Positions 1 through 11,077 of a DNA stretch of 64,000 nucleotides are shown piece after piece (position 1 is the stretch's first letter; each line of letters begins with the position of its first letter). The stretch is from the NCBI GenBank assembly GCA_963840035.1, contig CAWIXE010000001.1:256001-320000 (forward strand). Reading direction: 5' to 3'. The notes under the pieces are model-generated. The model was not told where the DNA came from and ran no database searches. It was given only the letters and a program-made list of their open reading frames with translations. The translations under genes and the position numbers were made by a program. The stretch comes from a candidate division FCPU426 bacterium. GTDB taxonomy: Bacteria; Oederibacteriota; PGYV01; Palsa-1178.

Positions 1-830
1 AGAGCTCTGCGTCCCTGTCTGTGTGGCTGTTTCTGTGGCGGTCTGCGTTGTTGTCTGTGTTGCGGTCTGAGTTGATGTAAGTGTCGGTGTTGCTGTCTGT
101 GTTATGGACTGTGTCGCTGTTTCTGTGACAGTCTGGGTTGTTGTTTCAGTTTGTGTCTGCGTCGCGGTCTGCGTAGCCGTCTGTGTTACGGTCTGTGTCA
201 TGGTCTGAGTAACAGTCCCGGTCATGGTCTGCGTGGCAGTTTGTGTTATCGTATGCGTTATAGTCCCGGTCGCTGTCAGAGTCACGGTTTGCGTTGCGGT
301 TTCCGTCATGGTTTCTGTGGCCGTCTGCGTGGAAGTCTGCGTCACGGTCTGCGTGATTGTTTGTGTGGCTGTCTGCGTGAAAGTCTGCGTCACCGTGGGT
401 GTTTCAAGCGGCGTATTTGTGTGTGTTTGTGTAATGGTCTGCGTCGCTGTTTGTGTCGCAGTCTGTGTTATTGTCTGCGTTACTGTCTCCGTAATGGTTC
501 GCGTCACGGTCTGCGTTATTGTTTCTGTCGCTGTCTGAGTGGAAGTCTGCGTGACCGTTTCCGTCACTGTCCGCGTGGCTGTTTCAGTGACAGTCTGCGT
601 GACCGTATGTGTGTCAAGCGGCGTGTTGGTGTGTGTCTGGGTTATGGTCTGTGTTACTGTCTGTGTCGCTGTCTGCGTAACAGTCTGCGTTGTTGTTTCT
701 GTTACTGTCAGCGTAATTGTCTGTGTGACTGTCTGCGTTACTGTTTGTGTCTGCGTGGCGGTCGGGGTTATGCTAGGTGTCGGCGATACAGTATATGTGG
801 CGGTAAACGTTGGCGTAGGCGTGGCAGGCA
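1..830 (-). repeat. Low-complexity Thr-x coding repeat (TQT/TVT/TAT/TET), mucin-like stalk
   Basis: Plus strand is GT-rich with 6-bp periodicity; the minus frame encodes Thr at alternate positions. Confidence 0.85.
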
Positions 831-3800
831 TGTAGCATCCTTTTATGACCCTCACGCGGGTATTGCCCATATCAGCGATTGCAAGATCCCCGTTTATCGG
901 GTTCCACACCACGCTTTCAGGATTGTAAAATTCCACTGAAGGGTCATTTGCAGCCAATCCTTCGCCGTCAAAACCAAGTGTTGTTCCGCTTATCGTTGTG
1001 ACCTCTCCTGTGGATAAAACCACTTTCCTTATCCTGCCGCTGTTTAAATCCGGGACGTACAGGTTGCCCGCGTTATCCAGCGCAGGGTCATTGGGATAAT
1101 CAAATTTTGCGGCCGCGCCAAAACCATCCTGCGTGCCCTGGGTTCCTCCGGCAACGGTTGTAACAGCGCCTGTGGAAAGGTCGACCCTGCGTATGGCGTT
1201 ATTACCGGAATCAGTTACCCACGCGATTCCCGAAGCGTCTATGTCAAGACCCTCCGGCGCGTTGAAGCTGGCTGCTGCCCCTGTGTTGTTGTCAAACCCG
1301 GGTGTACCGTTGCCTGCCACGGTGGTTATTATTCCCGTTCCGGTATTATATTTGCGCACGCAATGATTGCCTGCTTCAGTCCAGTATATGTTTCCGTCAG
1401 GCCCGAGTACCGCGCTTGACGGTTTGTCTATCTGCGCGGATGTTCCCTGGCCATTGTCCCCGGTATATCCGCCGGCGCCGTTTCCTGCCAGGGTGCTTAT
1501 GTTGCCTGTGGCTGCCGTTATCTTATAAAGCCTGTTCCCCACCCACGATACAAAATAAATATTCCCTGAAGCGTCTATGCTCATACGGCCGCTGGGGGCG
1601 GATATCATTGACGTAAGAGCCGGAACATTTTCGCCGCTGTAACCTTCATCCCCTGTGCCGGCTATGCTCGTTGTCATGCCTGTAATGGAATTCATCTTAA
1701 ATATCCTGCCTGCCCTTCCTAAATAAAGGTCACCCGCGCTGTCATAAGTGCCTACATTCGCGTATGCCAGGTAAAGTTCCGTGGCGTAGTAGCCTCCGGC
1801 GTTTATGTAGCCGCCGCCGGCTATTGTGTATACGTGGCACGCAAGCTGCACTGTTGTCGCGGTAGGCGTCGCAGCAGGCACGCATGTGTCAATGGGCGTC
1901 GGCGCTCCCGATGGCGGCGAGTACCAGACATCCTTATACATTCCAGTATCCTTCTGTCCGCCTGTGAGCCATATCTGGTTCCTGTATATAAGCGCGGATG
2001 AATCCATGCGCGCGCCGAGCACATCCCCTGTGTTTTCCGGCGACCAGCTTGTCCCGTCAGTTGATGACCATATGAATGCCAGATTGCAGGCTCCGCTGTC
2101 CCCTCCAATAATCCACATCTTCCCGTCATACACGGCTGCCGCGGCTGACCTGATGGTTCCAAAATTTGCCGTTCCTGCAGCCTGAAGCCATGTTGTCCCG
2201 TCTGAGGAATACCACACGTCGCTTTTTGCCAGCCCGTCATCCCCGCCTATGACCCACATCTTATTATTGTAAACGACGCACCCGAAATTTGACCTCGGAG
2301 TAAACGCGGCGCCGGCAGTTGCCATATTCCAGTTGCTGCCGTCCGATGTATACCATACGTCGTTGCGCGGATTTGTGCCGTCATGCCCGCCTATTACCCA
2401 GAGCTTGTTGTCAAATACCACTGACGCGTGGCCTGACCTTGGGGCAAAGCCTGTGGCAGGGGCCTGTATCCATGTAATTCCGTTTGTCGTATACCACGAG
2501 TCATTCAATGCGCCTCCGGAGTTGTATCCGCCGATGACCCACATTTTTCCTGCAAACACGGCTGCCGACGGCCTAAAACGGTCGGAAAATGCGGGCGCAG
2601 GAGCGCTTACCCAGTTATTTCCATCGGAAGATTTCCATACATCCCCGAGATAAGTCCCGTTTCCGCCGCCGATGACCCACATCTTTTCCCCGCTGCCGTC
2701 GTCATATACCACGGAAGCATGGCCAAACCTGTTGCCAAATCCCGCGTCGCACGCCGCGAGCGTCCAACCTGCAGCCGCTCCGGACAATGCAGTGGGCAGC
2801 AGAGTTGCTGTCTGCGTTATTGTGGCTGTTGCTGTCTGTGTTGCGGTCGGCGTTGCCGTATATGTGCCTGTCGTAGTTATTGTAGGCGAGGCTGTCGGCG
2901 TGGCAGTATACGACGGTTTCATGGTCGGAGTATCCGTCGGCGTGTTGTAAACCGTGCATCCGTCCTTGCCGCGCCATATCATGGCGTCCATGTCTCCCGC
3001 CGCGTTTTGCGAGTAACCGGCAAGCACTATCCTGTTTTGCGGGTCTATGAGCATGGCCCTTGCCTCGTCATACCCGTGAGTTGAGCTGTCCCAGCGCATG
3101 TCCCCGCTGCCGTTATTGAAGGTGGTATCAGGCGAGCCGTCAGGATTTCCGCGCCATAGCATCATATCTCTGCCTCCATAGGTCATGTTCGCGGAACCTC
3201 CGGTAATTAACACCCTGCGGTTCGCGTCAGTCCTTATGGAATACCCTTCATCATTGCCGTTTACCATGCCGTTTGTGCTGTCCACGGCTATCCAGCCATT
3301 GCCCCCGCCAAGCGAAGGGTCAAGCGTTCCGTCATCAAGTATCCGCCATACCGCCATGTCCATTCCGGTAAATGTATTTGCACCGGCCTCTATGACGCCT
3401 GTTATTAAAATTTTTCCGTCGTCGTCAAGCGTGATGCCGTTGGCGTAATCCGCGCCGCCGTGGTTGAATATCCTGAATCCTGTTCCGTTGAACGCGGGCG
3501 CGTCGAGCGTACCGTCAGGCTTAAAGCGCAGGACGACCATGTCCTTATTAGTCCCGTTAAATGTTTCTCCCGCCACCACTATCCTGCCAAGACCGTCTAT
3601 GAGCATGGCCCTGCCTATGTCCTGTCCTCCGCCCGGCCCAGCCCATGAGGCATAACCGTTTGGCGAGTTAAATGTGTAGTCAGTCGAGCCGTTGGCGTTG
3701 AGCCTGAAAACTCCTATGTTCATGTTGCCGGCCGTGAGTGTCACGCCGCAGGCAACTATCTTTCCGCCCGGGTCAAATGCCATGTCAAATAATCCGGACG

Positions 3801-4296
3801 ACTGAATGAACACGGAACCTGCCGTGCCGAAGGAACCGTCGAGGCCGCCGTCCATGAATTTTACTATCATGGAGTCATAATCCGTTCCGTTAAATCTGTA
3901 GCCTGCGGCCAGAGGCCTCTGGTCATTTCCAACTATGATTGCCTGCAGCGCCTCGTCATTAAACCCCGAGGCTGCGTCAAATCCCTGATATCCGCCGGGC
4001 CCGAAGTTTGTGTCAGCCGACCCGTTTTCATTGCAGCGCCACACAGCGGCCATGGTGTTGCCTGCCGCGTCGCTTTTTCCCGCCATGATGAGCCTGCCGG
4101 AAGAATCCCGCGCGATGTCAAAACCCATGTCCCATAACCCAAACCCGCGGTCCAGCCTTTTTTCGCCGTTGCCGTTAAAAGAAGTATCCGGCCCTATGCA
4201 CGGCGTCTGCGTCACAGTGGGTGTCTGGGTAACTGAAGGCGTAACTGTCGGCGTGAAACCCGTCACCCCGTAATCATCCGCTCCTATGTCCCATGG
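1..4296 (-). CDS. Third segment of a giant secreted multidomain protein (delta-60-like propeller repeats, Kelch-like repeats, NHL repeats, Thr-rich tract); runs off the window's left edge
   Basis: Not in the ORF track, probably because it has no stop inside the window. Minus frame checked by hand at several points reads PWDIGADDYGVTGFTPT (4296), TNKDM, MDAMIWRGKDGC, KMWVI, VQLACHVYTIAGG, IADMGNTRVRVIKGC, then T-x repeats down to base 1. Confidence 0.85.
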
Positions 4297-7200
4297 CAGG
4301 CAGCCTTGTCCCTCCGTCAATGTCTTCGTTGTATTTCGCGCCCATATCATAACCCTGGCCAATGAGCGTGGAACCGGCCTTCAGGTGCAGGTCCTCGGAA
4401 CCCTGTGTGCTGTTGACAAACTGGGGCGGGGGCGGCTGGTTTGTGAGCGAACCCGTGCCCGTGGCTGTGGAATCAGCCGAAGCATTATGCCCGCTTCCGC
4501 TGAAAATCCCCGACCCGCCTGTGCCGAAACAGCTGTAATTTATCGCGTGCACATATGAATCCGTAATATCAATATTTGAACCGAAGTTATTTGCTGCCGT
4601 GGAATCAAACCCAACTGCCGGTACCGTAGAATCGTTATTGAGGTTGTGGGCGTTAACAACCGTGTTTGATTCAAATACCGCGTGCACGCCCGTCATGTTC
4701 TCAGGTATGTAAAACGCGGCGCGCGGAATGTTATATATGAAATTGTTCACGACAAATACGTTTATCCCCGATGATATGACCCTTATGGCATCCCCTCCCG
4801 GCGCGGAACCCGTCGGGTTTGTTATCAGGCACTTGTAAATTATCACTCCGTCAGCGCCTATCCTGATCCCGGCGTTGCCGCCGCCTGCCCAGCCCGTAAA
4901 CGCGATGTTTGTAAACTGCGTGAACGGCTGCCATACGTCAACAGTTCCCATGCCGGTATACCCGGAAGTGTTTATGGTATAACCCGTGCCCGCGGTCCCG
5001 GTGTGCGCCTGGCGCGCGTTGCACTGCGTTCCGGTGTCCGTCGGCGCGAATATATTAATGTTCCTGGCCTGGTCAGTGGTGTAACCGTTAATCCCGAAAG
5101 CAACCGTATCAGTCCCGTCGTTATAACAGACAATGTTTATCCGCTTATTCATGGCAACAAGATCGGATCCGTTCAAGTGCGTTGAGTCAGAAGCGCCCGT
5201 CACCGCGTACGCCATGTTTGAGAAGGCGCGCTTGATGGAGGTGACAGGCAGGTTCGTAAAATCAGCGGCCACGCCCCCGTTTGAATTCATAGCCTCCCAT
5301 GTGGAGGTGTTTATCTTTCGCGTCAGGTAAAGTATGTACGCGCCTGAATTGATTATCACCTCGTCGCCTATGCCGGTCTTCGAGTTATCCTGAGCCGTGC
5401 TGAAATTCAGTATCCCTCCGGACACGCTCGCCAGCGGAGAGCCTGTCTTATGGTCGGTCATGTCAACGCCTACCGAGTATACTATTTCGGTCGGCACTGG
5501 AAGTGCAGTACTTGTCTGGGTGGGCGTCGGCGTGGCGCCCTGTCCCACGGGTGCGTCCATCCAACTGTCATAGCCGGGAGAATCAAAGACAATGCCAAGC
5601 ATGCTTGAAGGAGGGCAGCTTCCGACAACCTGGGCTGAAACAAAGATGAATATCCTGTCCGTCGGGGCAAATCCAAGATCAGGCCAGGTTTCCTGCCATA
5701 CGACCGGGCCCGTTGTCCCCGGGATTGGATCCGGTGACACTGACGACATCAGCAGCGTTCCCGGCTCTCCGCCTCCGCCTGCATATTTGAAAACATCCAC
5801 CCTGAAATGGTACGCGTTTGAATTGGTCGGGTCCCCTCCATACATGTTGAACTTCCATATGCCCGCTCCGGGAACATTTGAACCCAGCACCGGGGAATCC
5901 CACCCGCCAAAATGATAGACAGTCCCGGTCGAAGGGCAATTTGGCGCGGAATATGTAAGCAACATATTGGATCCGGTCGGCGGGTTTTGTGACAGCGCCG
6001 GGACTGTGTTCGGGTCGTCGGATAAATAACTGCGGAGATGCCATGAAATTGCAGGCGGTCCGGTTGTCGGGGTAACAGTCGGAGTCGGCCCGCCGGAAAC
6101 GCAAAGTTCCGCCTTTATCGCCCATCTCCAGTCGTCAAAGTGGTCGGGTAAAAATACCGCGGGGAAATTGCCGTATGTCCATACATCCCTGTACGCCGAG
6201 TCATGCGACCCTATTACATTGTCATATCCTATAAGCACTCCCGTCTCTGACTGTATGGCAAGCCAGTAATCCCCGGCAGGCAGGCTTCTGTATGGCACGA
6301 CAAAATCATTCCACCCGGCAGTTACGCTCTGGTCTGTGGATTCACATATCAGCGTTTTAGGCCCGCCTAAATTTCCGTCCAGCAGCGGGTCATTGTCATA
6401 TATGGCCACCCTGGCGTGTTTTCCGCCGCCGCCGTCATTGGCTATGTACAGCATAAGCCTGCTGACATCAGCGGCCTGCGTCAGCGTGTATCTGCTCGTG
6501 TCAATAAGGGTAATAGCGCTTGACCCGCCCTGGTCGGGTTTTCCGAACACGAAATTACAACCGGGGCCTTCGGCGAGGAACTCATAAGAGATGTCGCCGT
6601 GCGCTATGTTCCACCACGTTGATCCGCCGTTAGCCGTATAAGAGCCTTCATACGCCGTGCCGCCGTAACTCGCGTAGCCAAACTCCGCTGATCCGTCCGA
6701 TGACTGACCCGCGTTTACCGTATAATTATTTGCGCCGTCCGTTCCCGATCCGTCGGCATAGAAATGAAGCCTGTAATTTTTGCCGGGATTTAAGGTAACT
6801 TCGCCTATGTATTTTTCGACCCACGCATATGTCCCCGCTGCCTCATTGGGAAGCGCCATGATGCCATCCTTGACATCTATAGCGTCTGTCATGTTCCATA
6901 TCATATACCTGAGCGGCGCAGTCGGGTTCCCGTTTTTCATCACATACGCTTTCAGGGAAACCACTTTTGTAACGGACGTCGGGCCCGGGAAAGTCTCCGA
7001 TATGAACTGGTCGTCCCCGGTGTACGGGGAAGTTCCCGAACCGTGCACTGCAAAGTTAAAAGGCATCTCGTAAGGGTTGCCATAGTCATTTACCAGGTCC
7101 TGGTTTATGAGCACCATGACAGGCATGCCTGAGAGCCCCACCCATGAGCCGAAAGTATAAAGCATCGCCTTCGCGTACTGGTCATACCTCTGGTCTGTGG

Positions 7201-10200
7201 GCCATATGCCGTGGCCCGGATTTGTGAAGATGAAATACGCAGAACCTCCGCCGAGGTTGTTCGGCGATATAACCGCATGATAAATGGTCCCGGGATTAAG
7301 GGTCATATTCGGCATGTCTATGGTGTTCCACATAAAAGAATTAAAGGAGACATTGCTCCACGACGAATAAACCGTCGTTCCCGGAGCGTGCGCCGCGGTG
7401 CCGTCGTCGTCCCTGATCTCGACATTGAATGTCGGGCTCATGGTTATGGACGATACATATATCCTTAATTTATCAAAGGTCATGTTCTTTGAAACCGTGA
7501 ACCTGAAGCTTAATTTTTTTGACGGATCGTCCAGGGCGGTGACGGAATTCCCGTCAACCACGCTTTTATTCCCAAAAAGCATTATCGGCGTCTGTGCGGG
7601 CGTCGGGGTTATGGTCGGAGTTCCGCCGGCCGTGAACATGAGCGATGCAGGAACGCCTATTTTTGAATATTCCGGTGAACCGTTATAATCCAGATAAACC
7701 CACCTGCCCGAGCCGCAGGCATTATACGCTTTTATGGAAAAGTACAGGCTGTGGCCCGGCGTCCATGTTATGGATCCCATCGCCGATGTCCAGCTGAATA
7801 ATGTGGCTGCCCCGCCCAAAAGCGACGTGCACGACGACGAGAACAGGTATGCCCCCGGCACCGTTCCCGAGTAGTCATAAACATCCACCATGTAATTCAC
7901 GCATACCCCGCCGCCGGTCTCGTAGCCGTAGAAGTTGAATTTCCAGTCGCCCGGGTCTATGTTCGTATTATATAGAGGCCCCGTGGTCCATGCCGCAAGC
8001 TCCGACGTGCTCCATGGCCCGACCCAGTTATTGACGTTCTGTACCGGCCCGGGCGGTAATCCTGTATGCAGCATCCTGGCTGATCCAGGGTCCGGGGCAA
8101 AATCTGTCCACAGGTAAAGTTCCGTCCCTGTCCCGCCGCTTCCGGTTCCCGGCGGCTGCACCCATGAGTCATCCGTGATTGATTCGTAGTAGATATTTAT
8201 AGTGGCAGAAGGCGGCGATGCCGACGCCACAAGCGCGTAGAACTTTATATATATCCTGTCTGTTGATGCAAAGCCATAATCAGGCTGGCTGGCAGAGGCC
8301 CATGTCAGGGTTGTGGTTAAACCCGACGGTATTATAGGAGAGTCCGTGGTAAATAATGGAGTTGCCGGTATGGGCCCGCCCGCCGGGTATTTATATACCT
8401 CAGCCCTTATTTTATATCCCCAGTTGGACCCGGATGATTCCGCCGAGCGTATGGAGAAGTTCCACGGTCCCGCGCCCGGTATGTTTGTGCCGACCTGCTC
8501 GGAATCCCACTCGCGTATGAACTGCGTGTAACCGGCTGCCTGGCAGCAGTTTATGGTGGTATTCTGCACGTATGTAGACCCGCCCGTGGGCGCCGTTGTT
8601 TTCATCTCGCGCACTATGGAACAGCAAGGGTCCACGGAATAATTGTCGCGCAGATGCCACATGGTTCCTGGCCCTCCGCCTGACCCCGCGTTCGGCGCTT
8701 TTATATACCCGGCGTACAGCGCGCCTTCATATGTAAAGTCTATGGTCGTGCCGCCCGGGCATGTCCCATCCTCAACCACGCGCACTTCCACGTATATCCT
8801 GTCCGTGGCTGTAAAACCGTAATCAGGTTTGTTAACTTCCGTCCATTTTACTTCCTGCATTGATGAGGGTATTGTCCCCGGAGCTGTCGTGGTAAAAAGG
8901 AACGTTCCCGGCCAGGAACCGCCGCCGGCGTATTTATATACATTAAGTTTTAATTTATAATGTCCCGTGGCTGAAACATCCCTTACGTGCAGGGAAAATT
9001 CCCAGTCTCCAGCCGCCGGTATATGCGTGCCAACCGGGGGCGTGTCCCAGACAGAGAGCGAAAAATCAATTGCCCCCGGGCACGCCCACGGATATGTGGA
9101 GTTCGTTGTCCCGGCGCCGGTAGGTATTATCATGTCCATTTTTGAAGCAAGGCCTGACGGGTCGTCTGAAGACGCGGATTTAAAATACCACGCTGTCCCG
9201 GTTGTCGACCCTGACGCGCTGCCGGATGAAAGGTAAACCGGAAAGTCGCCGTAGCTTGAGTTAACCGAGTTCCAGGTCGCGCCTCCATTGACGGAGAACA
9301 TCGCAAAATCCGTGATGCCGTCGTAAGTCGCGTTCATGTAAGGATAGACACCGTTAGCCGGGTCAGCCGCGACTATGGTGTATGAATCCGGGAATGTTGA
9401 CAGGTTGGAATAAAGCACCACATAGTACTGGCCTGCGGAAAGCGGCACGGGCGTCATGGTTGCTTTTGCCCATGAGAATGAGGTTGTTGAATTTGTCTTT
9501 GTAAGAAGCGTTCCTGACGCCACAAGCGTGTTTGAGTTCGTCCTGATCTCCCATTTCAGGTCATCGGCTGGCATATTGCCCGTCGTCCGTCTTACATAAG
9601 CGCCTATTTCCTTTATTGACGACGCTGAAGTCAGGTTTACGGACTGGTTTATATAATTGCTCCCGTATATTTCCCACGCCATGGCTGAAGCGTAAGGGTT
9701 GCCGCTCCAGGACGACATGGTTGAATTGTAGTACATAAATATGGGCATGTATCCTGTTATGCCGTATCCCGAACCTGAATTGAACGATGTCATGAGCGAC
9801 CCGTCATAATACTGGTCATAAGGTATGAGCATGTGGTTGGGCCTTGAGCCGTCAGTTATTACGGCGTAATTGTTTGAATCAACTACAGACCCGCCGTCCC
9901 ACTCTATTACTATATGGTACTTGACTCCCTGCGTGAGCACCGGCCCGGGCGCGAGGGTCAGGGAATTCCAGCCTATGGACATGCCGGCCGTATTTATGTA
10001 GGCGTTATATCCGCCTATGGCAAACCCGTCCGGTTTTCCCGAGCCGTCGTCGTTCTGTATGGAAACTCTGTAGCCGGCTGTCCCCGTCTTGAATTCAAAA
10101 TACAGCCTTATGTCCGTGATGCTTCCTGTCTGCCTGGCCGTAAAATCAATTGACGCTTTTTTGGAAGTGCTGTCAAGCGCGGTCCCGGCGTTCCCGGATA

Positions 10201-11077
10201 CAGCCGCCCTGTTTCCGAAATACACTGCGCCGTTGGGCGTAGCGGTTGCCGCGGCCGGAAGCAGCGGCTGGCTGTCCGTCCCGAAATCAAGCGATGAGCC
10301 CCAGGCCACGCCGCGGTAATTACCCGCAGGGTAATAATCAATGGAAATACCCGGCTTGAATACCGGCCTTTTACCGGCGTGCGATATGGTCCATGAAGAA
10401 GGCGACTCCTGCTTTGCAACGCGTATGGCGCTGTCGGTGCTTGAATAATAAGCTATCATCGGGTAATTGTTCGCGCTGTTGTCAAGGCACAATGACACGC
10501 CGTTGCCGCAGTGGAAGTTGTCGAGGTATGTTTTGTGCAGGGCCCCGTCATATACCGCGTATACAAGCGTCCCGCCGGCAAGCGTATACGCAAAACGCGT
10601 ATCGCCTCCGTTTACGCATTTAATATCCACACCGTTGAAAGTAGCCCCGCTTTCGATGAGCATGTCGCCGGCGCTTTCCCATGCCATGTATATCTGGCCG
10701 GTTGCCTGGTCCCTTGCCGCCATCTGTATGGCTCCTCCGGGTTCTATGGTAATGGCTCCCCAGGAAGGCGTAAACCCGGGAAAATAACTGCCGGGCGCGT
10801 TCCATATGCCCGGTGATGATTCCCTTGTCAGGAAAAATTTTCCGTCCATTATGTAAGAAACGCACAGATACCCTGATGGGTCTATGCACAGCGAGGTATT
10901 GCCTGAAACCGAAGTTCCGGCAAAAGGCGCTTCATAGTTCCACGAACCCGGCGATGATTCCCTCGCTATGAGAAGCTTATTATTATTGCTGTCGTAATAA
11001 CTTACCCTGGCGTAACCCGTTCCCGGATCTATGGCAAGGGAAGCTCCCTGCCCGCAATTCGGCGTGGAATCAAGCAC
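4274..11077 (-). CDS. Middle segment of the giant secreted protein (propeller-like blades, repeated beta-rich domains, beta-helix ending in a choice-of-anchor-Q-like motif)
   Basis: 2267-aa ORF with no signal peptide; ends DLHLKAGSTLIGQG...DIDGGTR and the expected WDIGAD continues in another frame. Confidence 0.85.
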   Translation of the reverse strand: MLDSTPNCGQGASLAIDPGTGYARVSYYDSNNNKLLIARESSPGSWNYEAPFAGTSVSGNTSLCIDPSGYLCVSYIMDGKFFLTRESSPGIWNAPGSYFPGFTPSWGAITIEPGGAIQMAARDQATGQIYMAWESAGDMLIESGATFNGVDIKCVNGGDTRFAYTLAGGTLVYAVYDGALHKTYLDNFHCGNGVSLCLDNSANNYPMIAYYSSTDSAIRVAKQESPSSWTISHAGKRPVFKPGISIDYYPAGNYRGVAWGSSLDFGTDSQPLLPAAATATPNGAVYFGNRAAVSGNAGTALDSTSKKASIDFTARQTGSITDIRLYFEFKTGTAGYRVSIQNDDGSGKPDGFAIGGYNAYINTAGMSIGWNSLTLAPGPVLTQGVKYHIVIEWDGGSVVDSNNYAVITDGSRPNHMLIPYDQYYDGSLMTSFNSGSGYGITGYMPIFMYYNSTMSSWSGNPYASAMAWEIYGSNYINQSVNLTSASSIKEIGAYVRRTTGNMPADDLKWEIRTNSNTLVASGTLLTKTNSTTSFSWAKATMTPVPLSAGQYYVVLYSNLSTFPDSYTIVAADPANGVYPYMNATYDGITDFAMFSVNGGATWNSVNSSYGDFPVYLSSGSASGSTTGTAWYFKSASSDDPSGLASKMDMIIPTGAGTTNSTYPWACPGAIDFSLSVWDTPPVGTHIPAAGDWEFSLHVRDVSATGHYKLKLNVYKYAGGGSWPGTFLFTTTAPGTIPSSMQEVKWTEVNKPDYGFTATDRIYVEVRVVEDGTCPGGTTIDFTYEGALYAGYIKAPNAGSGGGPGTMWHLRDNYSVDPCCSIVREMKTTAPTGGSTYVQNTTINCCQAAGYTQFIREWDSEQVGTNIPGAGPWNFSIRSAESSGSNWGYKIRAEVYKYPAGGPIPATPLFTTDSPIIPSGLTTTLTWASASQPDYGFASTDRIYIKFYALVASASPPSATINIYYESITDDSWVQPPGTGSGGTGTELYLWTDFAPDPGSARMLHTGLPPGPVQNVNNWVGPWSTSELAAWTTGPLYNTNIDPGDWKFNFYGYETGGGVCVNYMVDVYDYSGTVPGAYLFSSSCTSLLGGAATLFSWTSAMGSITWTPGHSLYFSIKAYNACGSGRWVYLDYNGSPEYSKIGVPASLMFTAGGTPTITPTPAQTPIMLFGNKSVVDGNSVTALDDPSKKLSFRFTVSKNMTFDKLRIYVSSITMSPTFNVEIRDDDGTAAHAPGTTVYSSWSNVSFNSFMWNTIDMPNMTLNPGTIYHAVISPNNLGGGSAYFIFTNPGHGIWPTDQRYDQYAKAMLYTFGSWVGLSGMPVMVLINQDLVNDYGNPYEMPFNFAVHGSGTSPYTGDDQFISETFPGPTSVTKVVSLKAYVMKNGNPTAPLRYMIWNMTDAIDVKDGIMALPNEAAGTYAWVEKYIGEVTLNPGKNYRLHFYADGSGTDGANNYTVNAGQSSDGSAEFGYASYGGTAYEGSYTANGGSTWWNIAHGDISYEFLAEGPGCNFVFGKPDQGGSSAITLIDTSRYTLTQAADVSRLMLYIANDGGGGKHARVAIYDNDPLLDGNLGGPKTLICESTDQSVTAGWNDFVVPYRSLPAGDYWLAIQSETGVLIGYDNVIGSHDSAYRDVWTYGNFPAVFLPDHFDDWRWAIKAELCVSGGPTPTVTPTTGPPAISWHLRSYLSDDPNTVPALSQNPPTGSNMLLTYSAPNCPSTGTVYHFGGWDSPVLGSNVPGAGIWKFNMYGGDPTNSNAYHFRVDVFKYAGGGGEPGTLLMSSVSPDPIPGTTGPVVWQETWPDLGFAPTDRIFIFVSAQVVGSCPPSSMLGIVFDSPGYDSWMDAPVGQGATPTPTQTSTALPVPTEIVYSVGVDMTDHKTGSPLASVSGGILNFSTAQDNSKTGIGDEVIINSGAYILYLTRKINTSTWEAMNSNGGVAADFTNLPVTSIKRAFSNMAYAVTGASDSTHLNGSDLVAMNKRINIVCYNDGTDTVAFGINGYTTDQARNINIFAPTDTGTQCNARQAHTGTAGTGYTINTSGYTGMGTVDVWQPFTQFTNIAFTGWAGGGNAGIRIGADGVIIYKCLITNPTGSAPGGDAIRVISSGINVFVVNNFIYNIPRAAFYIPENMTGVHAVFESNTVVNAHNLNNDSTVPAVGFDSTAANNFGSNIDITDSYVHAINYSCFGTGGSGIFSGSGHNASADSTATGTGSLTNQPPPPQFVNSTQGSEDLHLKAGSTLIGQGYDMGAKYNEDIDGGTRLPAMGHRSG

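Noticed and set aside
151..939. Cys/Arg-rich and Val/Cys-rich plus-strand ORFs
   Set aside because: Antisense shadows of the Thr-x repeat in the minus-strand giant gene.
4274..4276. TGA read-through or alternative genetic code joining the giant ORFs
   Set aside because: The continuation lies in a different frame at both junctions, and uvrB, uvrC and cysK end normally in TGA.
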